DNA from: Promethearchaeota archaeon
GTDB taxonomy: Archaea > Asgardarchaeota > Lokiarchaeia > Sigyniarchaeales > SOKP01
NCBI GenBank assembly: GCA_048940645.1
Contig: JBHLOI010000005.1
Span: 32,001 to 96,000 of the forward strand
Direction of reading: 5' to 3'
DNA length: 64,000 bases
Part shown: positions 47,746 to 58,428 of the stretch, one piece after another
Layout: each line of letters opens with the position of its first letter
How positions within the stretch are numbered: position 1 is the stretch's first letter
Made by a program: the position numbers and the translations under genes
The notes under the pieces: generated by a model
Seen by the model: the letters and a program-made list of their open reading frames with translations, nothing else
Told to the model about the DNA's origin: nothing
The model's database searches: none

Positions 47746-48480
47746 CTATTTAGCGATCAATATAGCAACAGGGACCGAGGCTTCACGCCATTGAGCAATT
47801 TTACCAGAATATTCTAAATCTAACTTTACCCGGCCATGATCTCCTAAAATTATCATTAAAGAATTAGGACGTAATTGTTTATAGTTTCCTAAAATCCATT
47901 TGTCAGTACGTAAAATTAGCTTCTCGATCAAATCCTCAGGGGTTCTTTGCTTTAAAGCTTTTTGCTGTTTATGTAAATTTTCAAAATCTAAATAATGCAT
48001 CCATGAAAAATCATAATTATTGATTGTCTTAGCGCTTTCAATCCACGTTGCCATATCAGTATCTTTAGCAACCGAATACGTACCACCATCATATCTGGCT
48101 AAATCTTTTTTCCTTCCAATGAAACATGATTTTTTTCCATTATTATTAAGAAATCGCAGTAGATGAAAGCCATTTGGTTCTTTTTCGAATCCACCATAGA
48201 GAATTTGATGTAGAACTCCTAAGGTATAAGGATTCTTAGTAGATAACAATAACATCATTTGTGATTGCCTTATCATGAATTCGGGTTTATGAAATGTAAG
48301 CTCAAACAAACCGAAATTGTCTATAAGAATTATAACGATTCTTTCAATACCTTGATATAACTCAGTAATAGAATCAACTGGTTCTGGGATAGTACCAAAA
48401 GGAGGGTCAATACCCAATATTTTTATTAATGTGGCGGGCAATTGATTTAAATAACATTTGATAGTTTGGAGTTCACTCAT
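47746..48480 (-). CDS. Alkaline phosphatase superfamily protein (compact)
   Basis: IILIDNFG, HYLDFENLH and ILGDHG metal-binding motifs. Confidence 0.6.
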   Translation of the reverse strand: MSELQTIKCYLNQLPATLIKILGIDPPFGTIPEPVDSITELYQGIERIVIILIDNFGLFELTFHKPEFMIRQSQMMLLLSTKNPYTLGVLHQILYGGFEKEPNGFHLLRFLNNNGKKSCFIGRKKDLARYDGGTYSVAKDTDMATWIESAKTINNYDFSWMHYLDFENLHKQQKALKQRTPEDLIEKLILRTDKWILGNYKQLRPNSLMIILGDHGRVKLDLEYSGKIAQWREASVPVAILIAK

Positions 48481-48641
48481 AACAGTGTCCTAAAATTATT
48501 AGTTTAATTTAACATTATTAGATAATAATACTTATATAATTATCATAAAAGAATTAGAATTTATTTTTTTAGTATTGACAATTTATCCATTTAGCCAATT
48601 AAGAAAATATAATTAAATTTCATGAAAAAGTGAAACAATAA

Positions 48642-49931
48642 ATGAAATCATTATATATTGATGCCTCTAATTCTGGAATTTCTGGGGATATGTTTTTAGC
48701 TTCACTCTTAGAATTAATACCCAACCCTAAGGACGTAATAGATGAACTTATTGAACTAAAAAATTATTTGAAGGGAGTTAAGAAACTGGAAATAGATCTA
48801 GTAAAAGTTAAGAGAACTGGGATAATGGTTAATCAACTTAAACTAAACATTGAAGAAAACAAACACCAAAGATCCTATAAGAGTTTAAAAACTGCATTAC
48901 AAACTTTTTTAAGTGAAAAAGAGTATTCAGAATCGGCAAAAAATTATGCTATTAACGTTTTAGAAACATTATTCCGAGCAGAAGCAGAAGTACATGATAG
49001 TTTAATAAAAAACATACATCTTCATGAATTAAGTTCTGTGGATACCTTGGTAGACATTTTAGGTGTTACAAAAACTTTAGATAAATTAGGATGTTTTGAT
49101 AAGGATTTCAAAATATTTTGTGGTAAATTGCCTTTAGGAGCAGGAAAAGTTAAAACTGCTCATGGAATACTGGCAATCCCCGCACCTGCCACTATAAAAA
49201 TATTAGAAAAATCAGAACTGGTTGTTGCAAGTGGTCCTATTGAGAGCGAGTTAGTAACACCCACCGGAGCCGCCTTGCTTGTGAACCTAGAGCCCAATTA
49301 CTTGATTTATCTCAATGAAATGATTCTTAAAAAAGTTGTATATAGTACTGGTGAGAAAGAGTTTAAAGATTTTCTAAATATATTGCGAATTTTCTATGGT
49401 GAAAGTCCCTATCTTGAAAGCAAATCTCTTCACAGCCCTCTTCAGAAATACATTGAGGATATCACTACATTAGAGACAGATGTGGATGATATATCTGGAG
49501 AACTTATAGGTAATTTTATTAAAACTTTAGAAACTAAACAAGTTCTTGATATTCAAGTTATACCAAGTATAACCAAAAAAAATAGGCCAAGCCATGTAAT
49601 TAAAGTACTTTGCCGTCCTGAAAATAACTTTGAAATAATTGAAACTATAATAAGTGAACTAGGCACTCTTGGAGTAAGATTTAACACCATAAAAAGAGTT
49701 TGTATTGATAGAGAACTTATTACGACAAAAATTCAAATTAATGGAAATGAATATGATGTAAGATATAAAGTCTCTTATTTCAAAACAGAAAAAGACAAAA
49801 AAGTAGTTAATATAAAACCTGAATATGAAGATTTAAAAAAAATAAGCATGTTAACTGGGCGTTCAGTCAAAGATATCCTTATTTATGCTCAAAGTAATCT
49901 AAAAAATTTATATAAAAATTTTAAAACATAG
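48642..49931 (+). CDS. larC: Nickel pincer cofactor nickel-insertion protein LarC
   Basis: GISGDMFL, AEAEVH..HLHE...DT.VDI, AHG...PAPAT, ELVTPTGAA, ETDVDD, KKNRP, TLGVR, KPEYED. Confidence 0.93.
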   Translation: MKSLYIDASNSGISGDMFLASLLELIPNPKDVIDELIELKNYLKGVKKLEIDLVKVKRTGIMVNQLKLNIEENKHQRSYKSLKTALQTFLSEKEYSESAKNYAINVLETLFRAEAEVHDSLIKNIHLHELSSVDTLVDILGVTKTLDKLGCFDKDFKIFCGKLPLGAGKVKTAHGILAIPAPATIKILEKSELVVASGPIESELVTPTGAALLVNLEPNYLIYLNEMILKKVVYSTGEKEFKDFLNILRIFYGESPYLESKSLHSPLQKYIEDITTLETDVDDISGELIGNFIKTLETKQVLDIQVIPSITKKNRPSHVIKVLCRPENNFEIIETIISELGTLGVRFNTIKRVCIDRELITTKIQINGNEYDVRYKVSYFKTEKDKKVVNIKPEYEDLKKISMLTGRSVKDILIYAQSNLKNLYKNFKT

Positions 49932-50008
49932 TTCAATAGAAAGTTTTATAAAAAAAAAATTAAAAAAAAGGAAAAATTTTAGATATATCTTCGATATCTT
50001 ATTTTCAT

Positions 50009-50542
50009 TTAGAATTTATCAATGTTGAATTTATGTAGCAAATACTCATCCTCTGTCATTTCTTTTAAGAAATCTTTTAATCGAGAAATTTCTTTTTTTA
50101 CCTCTTTTTCTTTTCTCAGTTTCCCTAATTCGTGATATATGTCTGCAGCTTCTCTAAAAGTTTTAACACATTCATCATAATTACTTGAAACCTCGAGATC
50201 CTCAGCTAAAAAGACTAAACTCTCTGCTATATCCATTTTTTTACCTAATTTCTTTTGAATCTTTAGAGATTGATAAGAATATTTTAAACCTAACGGATAT
50301 TGTTTAAATTTTGTATATGTTCTTCCTAAAGCTCTAAGAACCATCGCTTCTTCGGTTTTAAGATTATTTTCTTGACAATGTTTTAAAATTTTATTGAGAA
50401 AGTTAATTAACTCTTCCTTGTTAATTGCTTTCGTTCGTTCGATTTGATTTATTGCTTTTTCATAACTTTCTATTGTATTGAGTATATCGCCACTCTCAAA
50501 AAATTCTTTTGACCTTTCAAAATCCTCAACGGTTGCGACCAT
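50009..50542 (-). CDS. Tetratricopeptide-repeat protein
   Basis: TPR patterns (AMVLRALGRTY..Y..SLKI; AESLVFLAE..F.EA..IY). Confidence 0.7.
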   Translation of the reverse strand: MVATVEDFERSKEFFESGDILNTIESYEKAINQIERTKAINKEELINFLNKILKHCQENNLKTEEAMVLRALGRTYTKFKQYPLGLKYSYQSLKIQKKLGKKMDIAESLVFLAEDLEVSSNYDECVKTFREAADIYHELGKLRKEKEVKKEISRLKDFLKEMTEDEYLLHKFNIDKF

Positions 50543-50598
50543 AGGTCTCAACTACTTAGTACACGATTTTTTTTCTGTAGAATTAAAATAGAATTAGT

Positions 50599-50619
50599 AT
50601 CAATATTATCTATATTGAT
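50599..50619. promoter_or_regulatory. 8-bp inverted repeat in a divergent intergenic region
   Basis: ATCAATAT-N5-ATATTGAT. Confidence 0.25.
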
Positions 50620-50943
50620 CTACATATTTATATTTTCCTATTCTTCGAAAATATGTGTTTTATATCTAAAAATGTTTCGGAACTATATTTTTACATAAAA
50701 AATGGGATATGAAGGTATGGCTCTTAAGAAAGTACGGTCTAATTTTTAATAAAATTACAGCTAGGCTTTAAGTAAATTTGTTCAAATATTTGTTTATACA
50801 AAGTTTAAATTATGAAAATCTTTCATCAAAGAAAAATAATTTATAAATATTCTAATCATAACAATTACTACAATAAGGTACATAAATTTATTATAAGGCT
50901 TATACTCTTAAAAGATAGAATATAAAATTTCATTTAATGAATT

Positions 50944-51693
50944 ATGAACGAACCAAGAAATATATTTATACTACCTTTGGTCGCAGGAATTTTAGTAGTA
51001 ATATCAGTTTTTACTCCAGCAACTTATATGACTTATAGTGGAATAAAAGATTTTCTCTGGTTATGGGGTTTCTATATAATGGATGATCCTTTTGGGGGTT
51101 ATCATATCAGAGGATTTATGGGTGAAATTATACATCCCTCATATATAATTTCAATTCTTATCTTAATATGTGGAATTGTGCTTATAATATATGCTATTAA
51201 ACTTCGATTAGGACGAAAAGAATTCAGAAATATGAGAGATATCTCAATATTTACTACTATACTCATAATTGCTGGTGAAGTCTTATGGCTAATATTGATC
51301 CCTTTGTTCTTTCCAACGGAAGAATTTTTAGGACTTAGTGTACCGGGTGAAATATTATCATTTTGGAGATTTAATTATATAGGAATCATGCCGTTACACT
51401 ATATTGGTTTTGGAATTATTGGGGGGTTTATAGCGGCAGGATTGAGCTTCATTTGCATAGGTGTGGCCCATCATTATTCAAAAGAAGAACTAATTAAAAT
51501 CCCAGAAATAGCTAAAGTCCCAGAAAAAATTGAAGCCCCAGAAATGATACCCGAAATAGAAAAACCGATATTACCTCCAAAAGCTGTAGCTCCCATCACA
51601 TCAGCTGAATTTAAGTATTGTCCAGAATGTGGGACAAAAGTTGAAGTTCCTAATGCGAATTTTTGCACAGAATGTGGACACCAGTTTATTTAA
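50944..51693 (+). CDS. Four-TM membrane protein with Pro/Glu linker and C-terminal zinc ribbon
   Basis: Four hydrophobic segments, PE-rich repeats, and CPECG...CTECG. Confidence 0.75.
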   Translation: MNEPRNIFILPLVAGILVVISVFTPATYMTYSGIKDFLWLWGFYIMDDPFGGYHIRGFMGEIIHPSYIISILILICGIVLIIYAIKLRLGRKEFRNMRDISIFTTILIIAGEVLWLILIPLFFPTEEFLGLSVPGEILSFWRFNYIGIMPLHYIGFGIIGGFIAAGLSFICIGVAHHYSKEELIKIPEIAKVPEKIEAPEMIPEIEKPILPPKAVAPITSAEFKYCPECGTKVEVPNANFCTECGHQFI

Positions 51694-51742
51694 AGCTATG
51701 ATGATTTTAATATTAAAAAAAAAAGAAAATAGATAACTGGAG

Positions 51743-52384
51743 TTAGATTAAACCGAGTGGTAGAAAAATACATAAAGCAACTATTCCAATAGCATAAATT
51801 ATCCCTACGAATTTTATCTTATCTTTTAATTCGCGTTTATCATATACATAGAACGCGCCAACAAAGAAATAGAAGTACCCTATAAAGAAAATTGGCACCA
51901 AACCTATTCCATAAGTCCAATCCCACCATGGATATACCCAAATAAGGTAATTACCCAAGTTGAGGAAAATTTCTACGATCAAGCAGAATAATGAAAAACC
52001 GATTGCCATTGCCCAACGATTTGGAATTCCAAACATTTTCTTATCCTTATCTTCTGGCAAAAACTTGGCAAATATAATTCCAGCGATGGAAAACATGAAT
52101 GCAATCTCAATATTCCACCCAATCAATATAATATAAGCGCTCGCACCAGGAGTAGCCCAAAATGCAGCATAATTTGTAAAGGCAAAAATCAGGGCATTCC
52201 AAATTTCATTTATCAAATCAAGACCTAGTATTGTTAATCCAGCAAATACCGTACTCCAATTTTTTGTTTCTCTTGCTTTTTTGATCTCAACTCCATAGAT
52301 ATATAATACAATCGCAAGTAGAGGGATGATATACCAACCATGATCGGGATTTAAAACTCGCAAATTTTCCGGGAGTGTGGTCAT
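51743..52384 (-). CDS. Conserved-looking hypothetical multi-pass membrane protein
   Basis: About 6 TM segments, Trp-rich, with motif-like NEIWN, WATPG and GWNIEI. Confidence 0.65.
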   Translation of the reverse strand: MTTLPENLRVLNPDHGWYIIPLLAIVLYIYGVEIKKARETKNWSTVFAGLTILGLDLINEIWNALIFAFTNYAAFWATPGASAYIILIGWNIEIAFMFSIAGIIFAKFLPEDKDKKMFGIPNRWAMAIGFSLFCLIVEIFLNLGNYLIWVYPWWDWTYGIGLVPIFFIGYFYFFVGAFYVYDKRELKDKIKFVGIIYAIGIVALCIFLPLGLI

Positions 52385-52554
52385 TTATTTCAACCTTTTT
52401 CTATATATTTTTTAGTTTAGAATTTTTATTTAAGGAAGATTTCATTTTTGAAATATTTATAGTTTTTTTTTGATGCTAAATTCACATTGCTGTATAGCTA
52501 AGAGCTTTAATAAAATTTCATAAACAGATCTCTTCTGCCAATTAATGATAACAT

Positions 52555-53331
52555 TCAACTAGGTCTATTTGCTATTAATGCAGCTGAGGCTCCTGCGCCA
52601 AATCCGTTATCTATATTGACAACTGTCAGCCCTGGTGAACAACTTTGGAGCATAGTTGTTAAAGCTCCAGTTCCTTTTTCACCTAATCCATATCCGCTGG
52701 ATATGGGAACCCCGATAACAGGTACATCTACAAGAGCCGCAACAACCCCGGGTAAAGTCCCTTCCATTCCTGCACACACAATAATGACATGAACTCCTTT
52801 CTTTATCATTTCGCTGAGTGGAGAAAAAATTCGATGGATACCTGCAATTCCTAAATCATAGCTGGTGATTACAGAACACCCCATTGATTCCGCTATTACT
52901 TTTGCTTCTTCTGCAACTGGTATGTCTGAACTCCCAGCAGTTATAATCCCCACAACTCCTCCCTTTTTCTGAAATTCATAATCCTTCTCCTTAATAATCA
53001 TGATTTTTGCTAATTCATTAGTTTTTAAAACATAATTATCACTATTTTCAAATTCTTTCTTTAAGAATTGTTTTTGCTGTTCATTGAATCTTGATACAAT
53101 AGTAAATCTATTAGTTTTTAAAAAACTGCTGGCTATCTCTGAAACCATTTGAGGGGTTTTATTTTCAGCATATACTACTTCAACAACACCAGTACGAGTT
53201 TTTCTAAATATATCGAGTTTAGCTAAATCTCCAACTTCTTCAATGAGATTAGCTTTTAGGAACTTCTCTGCTTCTTCTACAGAGCATTTTTTCTCCAATA
53301 ATTTTTTTAAAATTTCTCTAATATTATCCAT
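52555..53331 (-). CDS. larB: Nickel pincer cofactor biosynthesis protein LarB
   Basis: D..R..RTG..EVVY...K, AGSSDIPVAEEA, D.GIAGIHR, AGMEGTLP, SCSPG..VVNIDNGFGAG. ATG at 53331 preferred. Confidence 0.95.
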   Translation of the reverse strand: MDNIREILKKLLEKKCSVEEAEKFLKANLIEEVGDLAKLDIFRKTRTGVVEVVYAENKTPQMVSEIASSFLKTNRFTIVSRFNEQQKQFLKKEFENSDNYVLKTNELAKIMIIKEKDYEFQKKGGVVGIITAGSSDIPVAEEAKVIAESMGCSVITSYDLGIAGIHRIFSPLSEMIKKGVHVIIVCAGMEGTLPGVVAALVDVPVIGVPISSGYGLGEKGTGALTTMLQSCSPGLTVVNIDNGFGAGASAALIANRPS

Positions 53332-53340
53332 AATACACAA

Positions 53341-56046
53341 CTAGTCAAAAGGTTTCAATCGTTTAATAATTAAATTAATTATCGATTTTATTAATTTTAC
53401 CAAAATGAATCCCAATATTCTTTTTATTCCTCCATAAAAATAGCCAGTTAATATTTTTAAAGAGTTGAAAAAGAAACTTTGTAGTCCAAAATAGTCTTGA
53501 GTTAAGGAAATTTGACCAGCTAAAAGATCAGGTTTAAAAATATCACCATTTAGGTTAGGGGGTCTACCATATGATTTTACTTTTTTCCAATCCGAATCAT
53601 CATAATCCAACATTTTCCAATCAGAATTATTTAATTCATCAGTTTTAGAGCATAACCAAGTCTGGTTGCTATAAATTTCTTGAATGCTATTATCATCTAA
53701 TAGAATTTGTCCAAAAATATTTATTGCACCTTTAAACCCCTCATAGTTATACGCCTCAACAGTTATTATATTGGTTCCAACTTTAAGATACTCCGTTATA
53801 TCGAAAACTTTAATTCGGTTATAAATTGGCAGAATTGATAAAGAGAAGCGACTAAAAAATTCTCCAATAAACTCAGAATTTAAATAAACTTTCATATGAT
53901 CACAAGCGGTTCCTTGCAGCACTGCTTTTTTAACTGAACCGTTTATTTGAAAGATTTTTCGGAAAAGCCGTGGCTGTGGGGGGCACAATTTTTCATTAGC
54001 CCATATCCATTCAGATTTTATATATGGATCTTCGAAAAAAATACCCTGCTTTAATTGACTTATTTTTTCATGATAACAATTGATGATGAAATCAAACAAT
54101 TTTAAATTAAAATCGAGGCAAGGGCGCTTTGCTGCTCTTAGCCATAATTTTTCATATTTAAGTTTTAAATAATTGAATTTATCTTTAATATAATTTAAGT
54201 TTGAAATGATATTAGCAATCTCTTCTTTTGTAGAATTCCGTCTATTCAAAATTTTTGACGTATTTTCCGATATGTCTATTTTTTCTTTAAGATATTTTGC
54301 TAATTCAGCACTATATCCAATATATTCATAATTTTCTTGTTCAAATCTTACAATGGGTTTGAGTTGAGAATGTATTTCCAGATATTTTTCTCCTATAAAC
54401 CCGAGTAGCTTATAATTTTTACAAGAAGATCTATACTTTTTAGAGGGAAAGGGATGTTTAAATAGATAAGTATAAAAGAGTGACGGTAATAATATCCCAA
54501 TTTTATAATATAATGATGTAGATTCACTTAATTGAGTAATCATATCATAAAAGATTTCTAAATGATCATTTTGAAAGCCATAAAAAAGAAACCCGTAATC
54601 TCGTTTAAACTGTTCATAATCAAAATTTGGGCAATTCCAGGATGCTGAACCAGTCAGTATTGCCCCAAATATCTCATTTTCTCTGAATGAATAATAACGA
54701 AAATCCCCCCAAGTGCTCGTTAAGACTCCTAGACATCCATTACTTTTATGAGCATAGGCTGTGTTTATTAAAGTGATTACATTTTTACTAGAATTTTTAT
54801 TATCAGGAAAATGCCTTTGCCAATTGAGCATCGAGGGGCTAACTATTACTTTAAATCCCGCGTTTAATAATTTTTCTACTTTAGAATATTTCTCTTTAGG
54901 TTTATAATCCCAAAACATAATGATAATATCCTTATTCAGATTTTGTAAAATCTCATCATGATTTGCTACGATATCATGATAAATTATTACGTGTTTATTT
55001 CCACAATCTTTAGCAATCTTATAGATCCTTTCATATGTATTTAAATAAGCCTGACTTTTTCCTATTTGGCTTATTAGCTCTTTTGAACGATATTTTCCAA
55101 AGTCAAAACTTTCATCGCATCCAATATGGAAATATTTAGTTGTAAAGGCATTACTTAACTCTGATACAATGTCATTTAAAAATTCAAAAACCTTTTCATT
55201 ATTAATATTAAAACATTGAGCTCCAGGATATTCTCCTAGATAATCATATTTCTTATGGCTTAGAATATTATCTACGTGACCTAAACATTCAAATATAGGC
55301 ACAAATTCTATATATCTCTTTTTAGCAAAATTATCGATTTCTTGAATTTCTTCTTTTGTTAAAGCGCCTCGATTTCTACCAATAACAGGATGTTCTGGAT
55401 GTGAAAAGACATCTTCGATATATAAACAGTAGAAATTCATCTTGTAATGGCTAAGTATAGTTAGATATCTTTTTGCAAATTCAACGGTAATTGACTGTCC
55501 TCGAGAAATATCTTGCGCAACTCCCCTTATCTCTAAATCTGGTTTATCTCTTATTTTTATTTCTGGTAAAAAAATTTGATTAACATTTTCTATAGGTAGA
55601 TCTAGTGAATTTAATTGTGTTAAGGAACCATTTTTTAATAATTGGATGAGAGTTTGAAGCCCATAAAATAACCCTCTTTCATGGATACTATAAATGACTA
55701 TAAAATTTTTTTCAATTTCAAGATTATATCCTTCTTCGTTTTGAATATCAAGTAAGTTATCACTTAAAGGCTCATTTTGGATAGTATCCATAAAATTATC
55801 TGGTTCCGCAAAAGTTCTCTTCACTTTTATTCCAGTGAATAATTTTAATGATTCATTTAAATTATTTACGTAAAAATCTGGGTTAATAACATTCAAAAAT
55901 TGGATACAACATTGAGAATTAAAAACCAATCCTCTATTTCCATTAAATTTTGTAACTTCCTTTGGTGTGGGAAGTAAGATTGGATAATTAATTCCTAGTT
56001 TATTAATCACATCAAGCTTATTTATAACTAAAGCTTTTATCGGCAT
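53341..56046 (-). CDS. Glycoside hydrolase family 20 (beta-N-acetylhexosaminidase)
   Basis: EGY.L, GLFYGLQTL.QL, RGVAQDISR, catalytic HIGCDE, WDY, TSTWGD; C-terminal beta-sandwich and amphipathic tail. Confidence 0.9.
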   Translation of the reverse strand: MPIKALVINKLDVINKLGINYPILLPTPKEVTKFNGNRGLVFNSQCCIQFLNVINPDFYVNNLNESLKLFTGIKVKRTFAEPDNFMDTIQNEPLSDNLLDIQNEEGYNLEIEKNFIVIYSIHERGLFYGLQTLIQLLKNGSLTQLNSLDLPIENVNQIFLPEIKIRDKPDLEIRGVAQDISRGQSITVEFAKRYLTILSHYKMNFYCLYIEDVFSHPEHPVIGRNRGALTKEEIQEIDNFAKKRYIEFVPIFECLGHVDNILSHKKYDYLGEYPGAQCFNINNEKVFEFLNDIVSELSNAFTTKYFHIGCDESFDFGKYRSKELISQIGKSQAYLNTYERIYKIAKDCGNKHVIIYHDIVANHDEILQNLNKDIIIMFWDYKPKEKYSKVEKLLNAGFKVIVSPSMLNWQRHFPDNKNSSKNVITLINTAYAHKSNGCLGVLTSTWGDFRYYSFRENEIFGAILTGSASWNCPNFDYEQFKRDYGFLFYGFQNDHLEIFYDMITQLSESTSLYYKIGILLPSLFYTYLFKHPFPSKKYRSSCKNYKLLGFIGEKYLEIHSQLKPIVRFEQENYEYIGYSAELAKYLKEKIDISENTSKILNRRNSTKEEIANIISNLNYIKDKFNYLKLKYEKLWLRAAKRPCLDFNLKLFDFIINCYHEKISQLKQGIFFEDPYIKSEWIWANEKLCPPQPRLFRKIFQINGSVKKAVLQGTACDHMKVYLNSEFIGEFFSRFSLSILPIYNRIKVFDITEYLKVGTNIITVEAYNYEGFKGAINIFGQILLDDNSIQEIYSNQTWLCSKTDELNNSDWKMLDYDDSDWKKVKSYGRPPNLNGDIFKPDLLAGQISLTQDYFGLQSFFFNSLKILTGYFYGGIKRILGFILVKLIKSIINLIIKRLKPFD

Positions 56047-56185
56047 TTTCTCTTGAATTAATTTTTAATCTTGAATTTTTAACAATTATTCATAAAAAGT
56101 ATTAACTTATCAAAACTTTTTTGATAATGAATATTATATTAATTTAAATTTTAATTAACAATCCAAAATAAAAGTGATAATTGAA

Positions 56186-57409
56186 ATGAAGATAGATTAT
56201 ACTTCTTACAAGGATGTGGATTTAAAAGGAAAAAAAATATTAATGCGAGTTGATATAAACTCTAACATTGATGTAGAAAAGATGGAAATTAGAGATTCTC
56301 CTCGAATTCGCGCATTAGTTCCAGCATTAAATGAATATTTTAAAGACAGTGCGGTTATTATATTAGCTCATCAATCTCGACCTGGAAGTGAAGATTTCAC
56401 TGATTTAGATATACATGCAAGAGAAATAGAAAAGTATCTTGGTCGTCCTGTAAAATTTGTTAAAGATATATTTGGAGAGCAGGCCATAGATGCAATAAAA
56501 AACTTAAAACCAGGAGAAGTTTTAGTACTCAATAATGTCAGGAAATTTGAAAATGAAATGAAAAATTATAAGAATTTCTCTGAAGCTGAAAATACAGAAA
56601 TGATTAAGGTACTTTTTCCATTAGTAGACTATGTTATTGTAGATGCATTTGGTGCCGCTCATCGAGCACATGCCTCAATCGTAGGCTGGCCAAAAATGCT
56701 TGCTGGACCTATTACTGATAAAGAACTAAATGCATTGAAAAAAATAATGGATGTGCCAGAGAAACCTATGGCTATGCTTATTGGTGGTGCAAAAGCAATT
56801 GATAAATTTAAAGCTATGAAATATAATTTCGATAATGAAAAATTAGATTATGCCCTTTGTTCTGGACTAACAGCAATCTTGATTTTTGAAGCTCTTGGTA
56901 AAAATATGGGAGACCCAAATCATAATATTATTGCAGAAGATTTAGAAGAAAACAAAGATCTGATTAAAGATACTTATGAAAGATATAAAGACAAGATTAT
57001 ACTACCTGAAGATTTAATAATTGATGATAATGGTTATAGAAAAGTTATTGGAATTGACGAGGCTGGCACCTATAATACAACTACGGGAGATATTGGTCCA
57101 AAAACTTCAGAACTATTCAAGGACATAATAATGAAATGTAAAACTATTGTAGCTAATGGCCCACCAGGAATTTTTGAAAAAGAGGTGTTTAGAAAAGCCA
57201 CTAATGAAATGGTTGAAGCAATGGTTAAGGCTACAAAAGAAAATGGAGCACTCACCATTATTGGGGGTGGTGAAATGGGTGCTGCAGCTGCTATGGCTGG
57301 CTTAGATGATGATGTTTCATTTATTTCCACAGCAGGAGGCGCAATGTTAGAAATTCTTTCAGGAAAGGATTTACCTATGATTAGAGCTTTAAGAGAAAAG
57401 AAAATTTAA
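56186..57409 (+). CDS. pgk: Phosphoglycerate kinase
   Basis: RVDINS, LAHQSRP, DAFGAAHRAHAS, GGAK, DIGP, NGPPGIFE, ISTAGGA. An alternative GTG start lies at 56174. Confidence 0.96.
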   Translation: MKIDYTSYKDVDLKGKKILMRVDINSNIDVEKMEIRDSPRIRALVPALNEYFKDSAVIILAHQSRPGSEDFTDLDIHAREIEKYLGRPVKFVKDIFGEQAIDAIKNLKPGEVLVLNNVRKFENEMKNYKNFSEAENTEMIKVLFPLVDYVIVDAFGAAHRAHASIVGWPKMLAGPITDKELNALKKIMDVPEKPMAMLIGGAKAIDKFKAMKYNFDNEKLDYALCSGLTAILIFEALGKNMGDPNHNIIAEDLEENKDLIKDTYERYKDKIILPEDLIIDDNGYRKVIGIDEAGTYNTTTGDIGPKTSELFKDIIMKCKTIVANGPPGIFEKEVFRKATNEMVEAMVKATKENGALTIIGGGEMGAAAAMAGLDDDVSFISTAGGAMLEILSGKDLPMIRALREKKI

Positions 57410-57720
57410 TTTTCACTTTTTTATTTTTTTTGTATATTATTCGCTTCAATAATATGTTTTAACGGAAATATTGTAGTAAAAAAGTAATATGGTCTTTCTT
57501 CTTATAATAATAAAAATGATTTAATAATTATTCTTGTAGGATTCAATCCTCAATATTATAACTCTAATATATAATTAACTTTTTTTTTAATTTTCTTTTA
57601 TTTTGGAACGTGTTTTAACTAAAAATATCCAATATAATTTATATTCTTGAAAAAACAGTAATAAATAGAAATCTAATTAAAAACCCTAATAACAAGTATT
57701 TAAAAAAGGTAGAACATACA

Positions 57721-58311
57721 ATGGCTATAAGTTTTTATTTTTACTGGGATTGGATATATTCTGTTTGGGGATGGCTCTTTTACATTCTACCCGTAGTAGC
57801 TTTTATCTTTTTGATTATAGGATGCTCAGATTTAAAAAAAGATGAAAGAAATTTTGAATCAGTGAATTTCTTAAATATAATTGGGATTATTCTATTAGCT
57901 TGGAGCATTGTTTCTCAATTTTTACCCTCTATAATGTTTTCTTACTCAATGCCTGAGTATATAATAGGATTAACTTATGTTGCATCACTGGCGGTATTAA
58001 ATCATGCAATATATATAATTTTTGGAATTGCATTTATTATATTTGGGAGTAAAAATAAAGAACACTGGGGTAGCATAGGTTTATCAGCAGGAATTCTACT
58101 AATAACATCATGGGGCTTATCTCTTACTTATAACTTAGGTTTTGGAACTATTTTAATAATTCGATGGATAATACTGATTCTTTCTCTTGTAGGAGCAATA
58201 TTAATTCTTGTCTACACAATTTTACTAAAAAAAGTTTTCATGATCATTTTTGCTGCGTTTCTTTTGAGCCATGGGATTCTCAATCTTTTAAACTTAGCTA
58301 ATATAATTTAA
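57721..58311 (+). CDS. Hypothetical multi-pass membrane protein
   Basis: About 6 hydrophobic segments; AAGG upstream. Confidence 0.65.
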   Translation: MAISFYFYWDWIYSVWGWLFYILPVVAFIFLIIGCSDLKKDERNFESVNFLNIIGIILLAWSIVSQFLPSIMFSYSMPEYIIGLTYVASLAVLNHAIYIIFGIAFIIFGSKNKEHWGSIGLSAGILLITSWGLSLTYNLGFGTILIIRWIILILSLVGAILILVYTILLKKVFMIIFAAFLLSHGILNLLNLANII

Positions 58312-58428
58312 TCATAATTCTAAATTTTTTTTAATTTTATTGTTCCTAAGTCATAAATTTAGGGATTATTACTCTGCATTAAGATCTACATTACTATAAA
58401 TCTAAGGCATTCTCTTGTGGTAATTTAG

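Noticed and set aside
46890-48641. Canonical NikR box (GTATGA-N16-TCATAC-like)
   Set aside because: Only half-sites with the wrong spacing or orientation were found.
50009-50542. Alpha-SNAP homolog
   Set aside because: Only generic TPR patterns are visible; it is too short and lacks recognisable SNAP-specific features.
50685-50730. Second GNAT remnant (FY.K.GYE-like)
   Set aside because: It requires a frameshift and is too short to distinguish from chance.
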